Source: an uncultured Clostridia bacterium
Lineage (GTDB): Bacteria; Bacillota; Clostridia; Oscillospirales; CAG-272
Assembly: GCA_947632285.1 (NCBI GenBank)
Contig: CANROT010000001.1
Location: 1 to 51,225, forward strand
Reading direction: 5' to 3'
Length of the DNA stretch: 51,225 nucleotides
Positions 49,972 to 51,225 of this stretch are shown here, piece by piece. A program made the translations under genes and the position numbers. The notes below the pieces were generated by a model that was given only the letters and a program-made list of their open reading frames with translations, had not been told where the DNA came from and made no database searches. The number at the start of each line of letters is the position of its first letter. The stretch's first letter is position 1.

Positions 49972-50865
49972 TCACTCCAGATTCTGTATCTGCTCGCGTA
50001 TCTTCTCGACTGTACACTTGATGTCGACGACGAGGTGCGCGATCCTTGTGTCCTGAGACTTTGAGCCGATGGTGTTCGTCTCCCGGTTGATCTCCTGAAC
50101 GAGGAAATCGAGCTTTCTTCCGACGGCCTCTTCATTCCTGATTATATCGCGGAACGCGTCAAGGTGCGAGGCGAGGCGGACGAGCTCCTCATCTATCGAG
50201 ACGCGGTCGGCGAATATCGCCGCCTCGGTGAGGATGCGCTGTTCGTTCAGCTCAACGCCGCCGCCCTCGAGCAGCGCCGAGATGCGCTCGGCGAGCTTTT
50301 GCGGGTACCCCTCGATATTCGCCTCGGAGATCGCCTTTATCTCCGCGGCGGCGGCCTCTATCTCGCAGAGCTTTGCCTCCGCGTCCGCGGCGAGCCGCTC
50401 ACCTTCCGCGGTGCGCATCGCGAGAAAATCGTCGAGCGCCTCTGCAAGCGTCTCCTCTATCGCCGACCACTCGGCGTCGATATCCTCCGCCTCGGAGGTG
50501 ACGTTGAAGATGTCGTGGAACGCGGCGACGCGCGAAACGGTTATATCGTCGCGCAGGCCGAACTCGTCCCGCAGGCGGCAGAGCGCGTCTATATACGAGG
50601 CGGCGAGCGCCGGGTCGAGCGCGACCGTGACGCCGCGCTGCTCGATCACCTCGACGCCGAGGTAGATATCGACCTTGCCGCGCGTGACGCCGTGCTCGGA
50701 GATATACGATTTGATCTTCGGCTCCGCAAAGCCGTACTGGCGCGGATATCGGACGGAACAGTCGAGATACTTCCCGTTGACTGATTTCATCTCGACCGTG
50801 TACCGTTTGCCGCCCGACTCGCGGACGGCGCGCCCGAAGGCGGTCATTGAACGTATCATGATCAT
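49972..50865 (-). CDS. yicC: YicC/YloC family endoribonuclease
   Basis: 297-aa ORF with N-terminal MIRSMTAFGR and C-terminal KLDFLVQEINRETNTIGSKS. Confidence 0.88.
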   Translation of the reverse strand: MIMIRSMTAFGRAVRESGGKRYTVEMKSVNGKYLDCSVRYPRQYGFAEPKIKSYISEHGVTRGKVDIYLGVEVIEQRGVTVALDPALAASYIDALCRLRDEFGLRDDITVSRVAAFHDIFNVTSEAEDIDAEWSAIEETLAEALDDFLAMRTAEGERLAADAEAKLCEIEAAAAEIKAISEANIEGYPQKLAERISALLEGGGVELNEQRILTEAAIFADRVSIDEELVRLASHLDAFRDIIRNEEAVGRKLDFLVQEINRETNTIGSKSQDTRIAHLVVDIKCTVEKIREQIQNLE

Positions 50866-50879
50866 TCACCGGTCTTTCA

Positions 50880-51225
50880 TCATAATATGCCGCGCCGACG
50901 GAGCATCGGGCGGAACTTGACATTGTATAGGAGCGTCAGCCTGTCTGCAAGCAGGTCGGAGAAGACGAAAACGGCGTTTGCAAGCAGGAGCACCGAGGCG
51001 ATCAGCCAGGGCGCGTCGACCTCCGGGGAAAAGAACGCGAGCGCCGCGAAGTAGAGCGCCGCGACGACGATGTTGTATGCCGCGAGCTTGCACACCCAGC
51101 GGACAACGGAATTCGTTATCCGGTCGAAGTATGACTTGAAGAGCGGGTACAGCCCCGCGACGAACGTGTATATGGCGGCGACCGATTTATCCACGTTCGT
51201 CGCGGGGCTGTACCCGCTCTTCAAG
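50880..51225 (-). CDS. Hypothetical membrane protein, C-terminal fragment (5' end outside the window)
   Basis: The frame is open to the window edge and contains 2-3 hydrophobic helices (AAIYTFVAGLYPLF, LAAYNIVVAALYFAALAFF, WLIASVLLLANAVFVF). No family recognised. Confidence 0.45.
   Translation of the reverse strand, partial: LKSGYSPATNVDKSVAAIYTFVAGLYPLFKSYFDRITNSVVRWVCKLAAYNIVVAALYFAALAFFSPEVDAPWLIASVLLLANAVFVFSDLLADRLTLLYNVKFRPMLRRRGIL

Overview
This is a high-GC (mostly above 60% by hand counts) Firmicutes/Clostridia-type chromosomal segment. The lineage call rests on a spoVB-like gene, a 25-codon spoVM, a PASTA Ser/Thr kinase and the DapL lysine pathway. I found no rRNA, tRNA, CRISPR array, transposase or integrase.

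Gene content from left to right:
- A SpoVB-like flippase gene, truncated by the window edge.
- A five-gene lysine operon (dapA-dapB-dapF-dapL-lysA, minus strand) behind a clear lysine riboswitch and sigma-A promoter.
- GH43, a mannitol-dehydrogenase-family gene, greA, an ACP-like gene and a transglutaminase lipoprotein gene.
- rbfA-nrnA-truB-pgeF.
- A structured 380-bp intergenic region.
- A GldA/F/G-like ABC transporter plus a DUF4340 gene.
- nrdG, then an NrdR-boxed nrdD, then a TrxR homologue.
- A Cthe_2159-like lipoprotein gene.
- A two-DTG aspartic protease gene on a moderately AT-richer patch.
- A transcobalamin-like membrane protein gene, divergent from a LytTR-regulator/membrane-protein pair.
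- comM, a DAG-kinase-family gene, an M19 dipeptidase gene and an NDP-sugar pyrophosphorylase gene.
- rnj, a Dabb-family gene and spoVM.
- An AT-rich AraC/GyrI insert.
- The conserved block rsgA-prkC-prpC-rlmN-rsmB-fmt-def-priA-rpoZ-remA-yicC (minus strand).

Most worth a second look:
1. NrdD carries a C-terminal CPNC thioredoxin-fold domain, and the adjacent TrxR homologue lacks the NADPH HRRxxxR motif. Together they suggest a hard-wired, possibly ferredoxin-driven reductant chain for a class III RNR.
2. A secreted protein combines an alpha-toroid domain, a TM hairpin and a DUF4430 domain, resembling a transcobalamin layout. It shares a divergent promoter region containing 9-bp/21-bp-period direct repeats with a receiver-less LytTR regulator and its membrane partner.
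3. priA is split into two frames inside its Zn-finger region.
4. The pgeF/ABC intergenic region holds a duplicated 27-bp extended -10 module, five abutting perfect hairpins and a 17-bp tandem repeat.
5. A family of GGGAC..GTCCC palindromic intergenic elements occurs at least four times.

I cannot claim a complete novel multi-gene system from sequence alone. Every functional statement beyond motif observation is inference and needs the searches listed with each finding.
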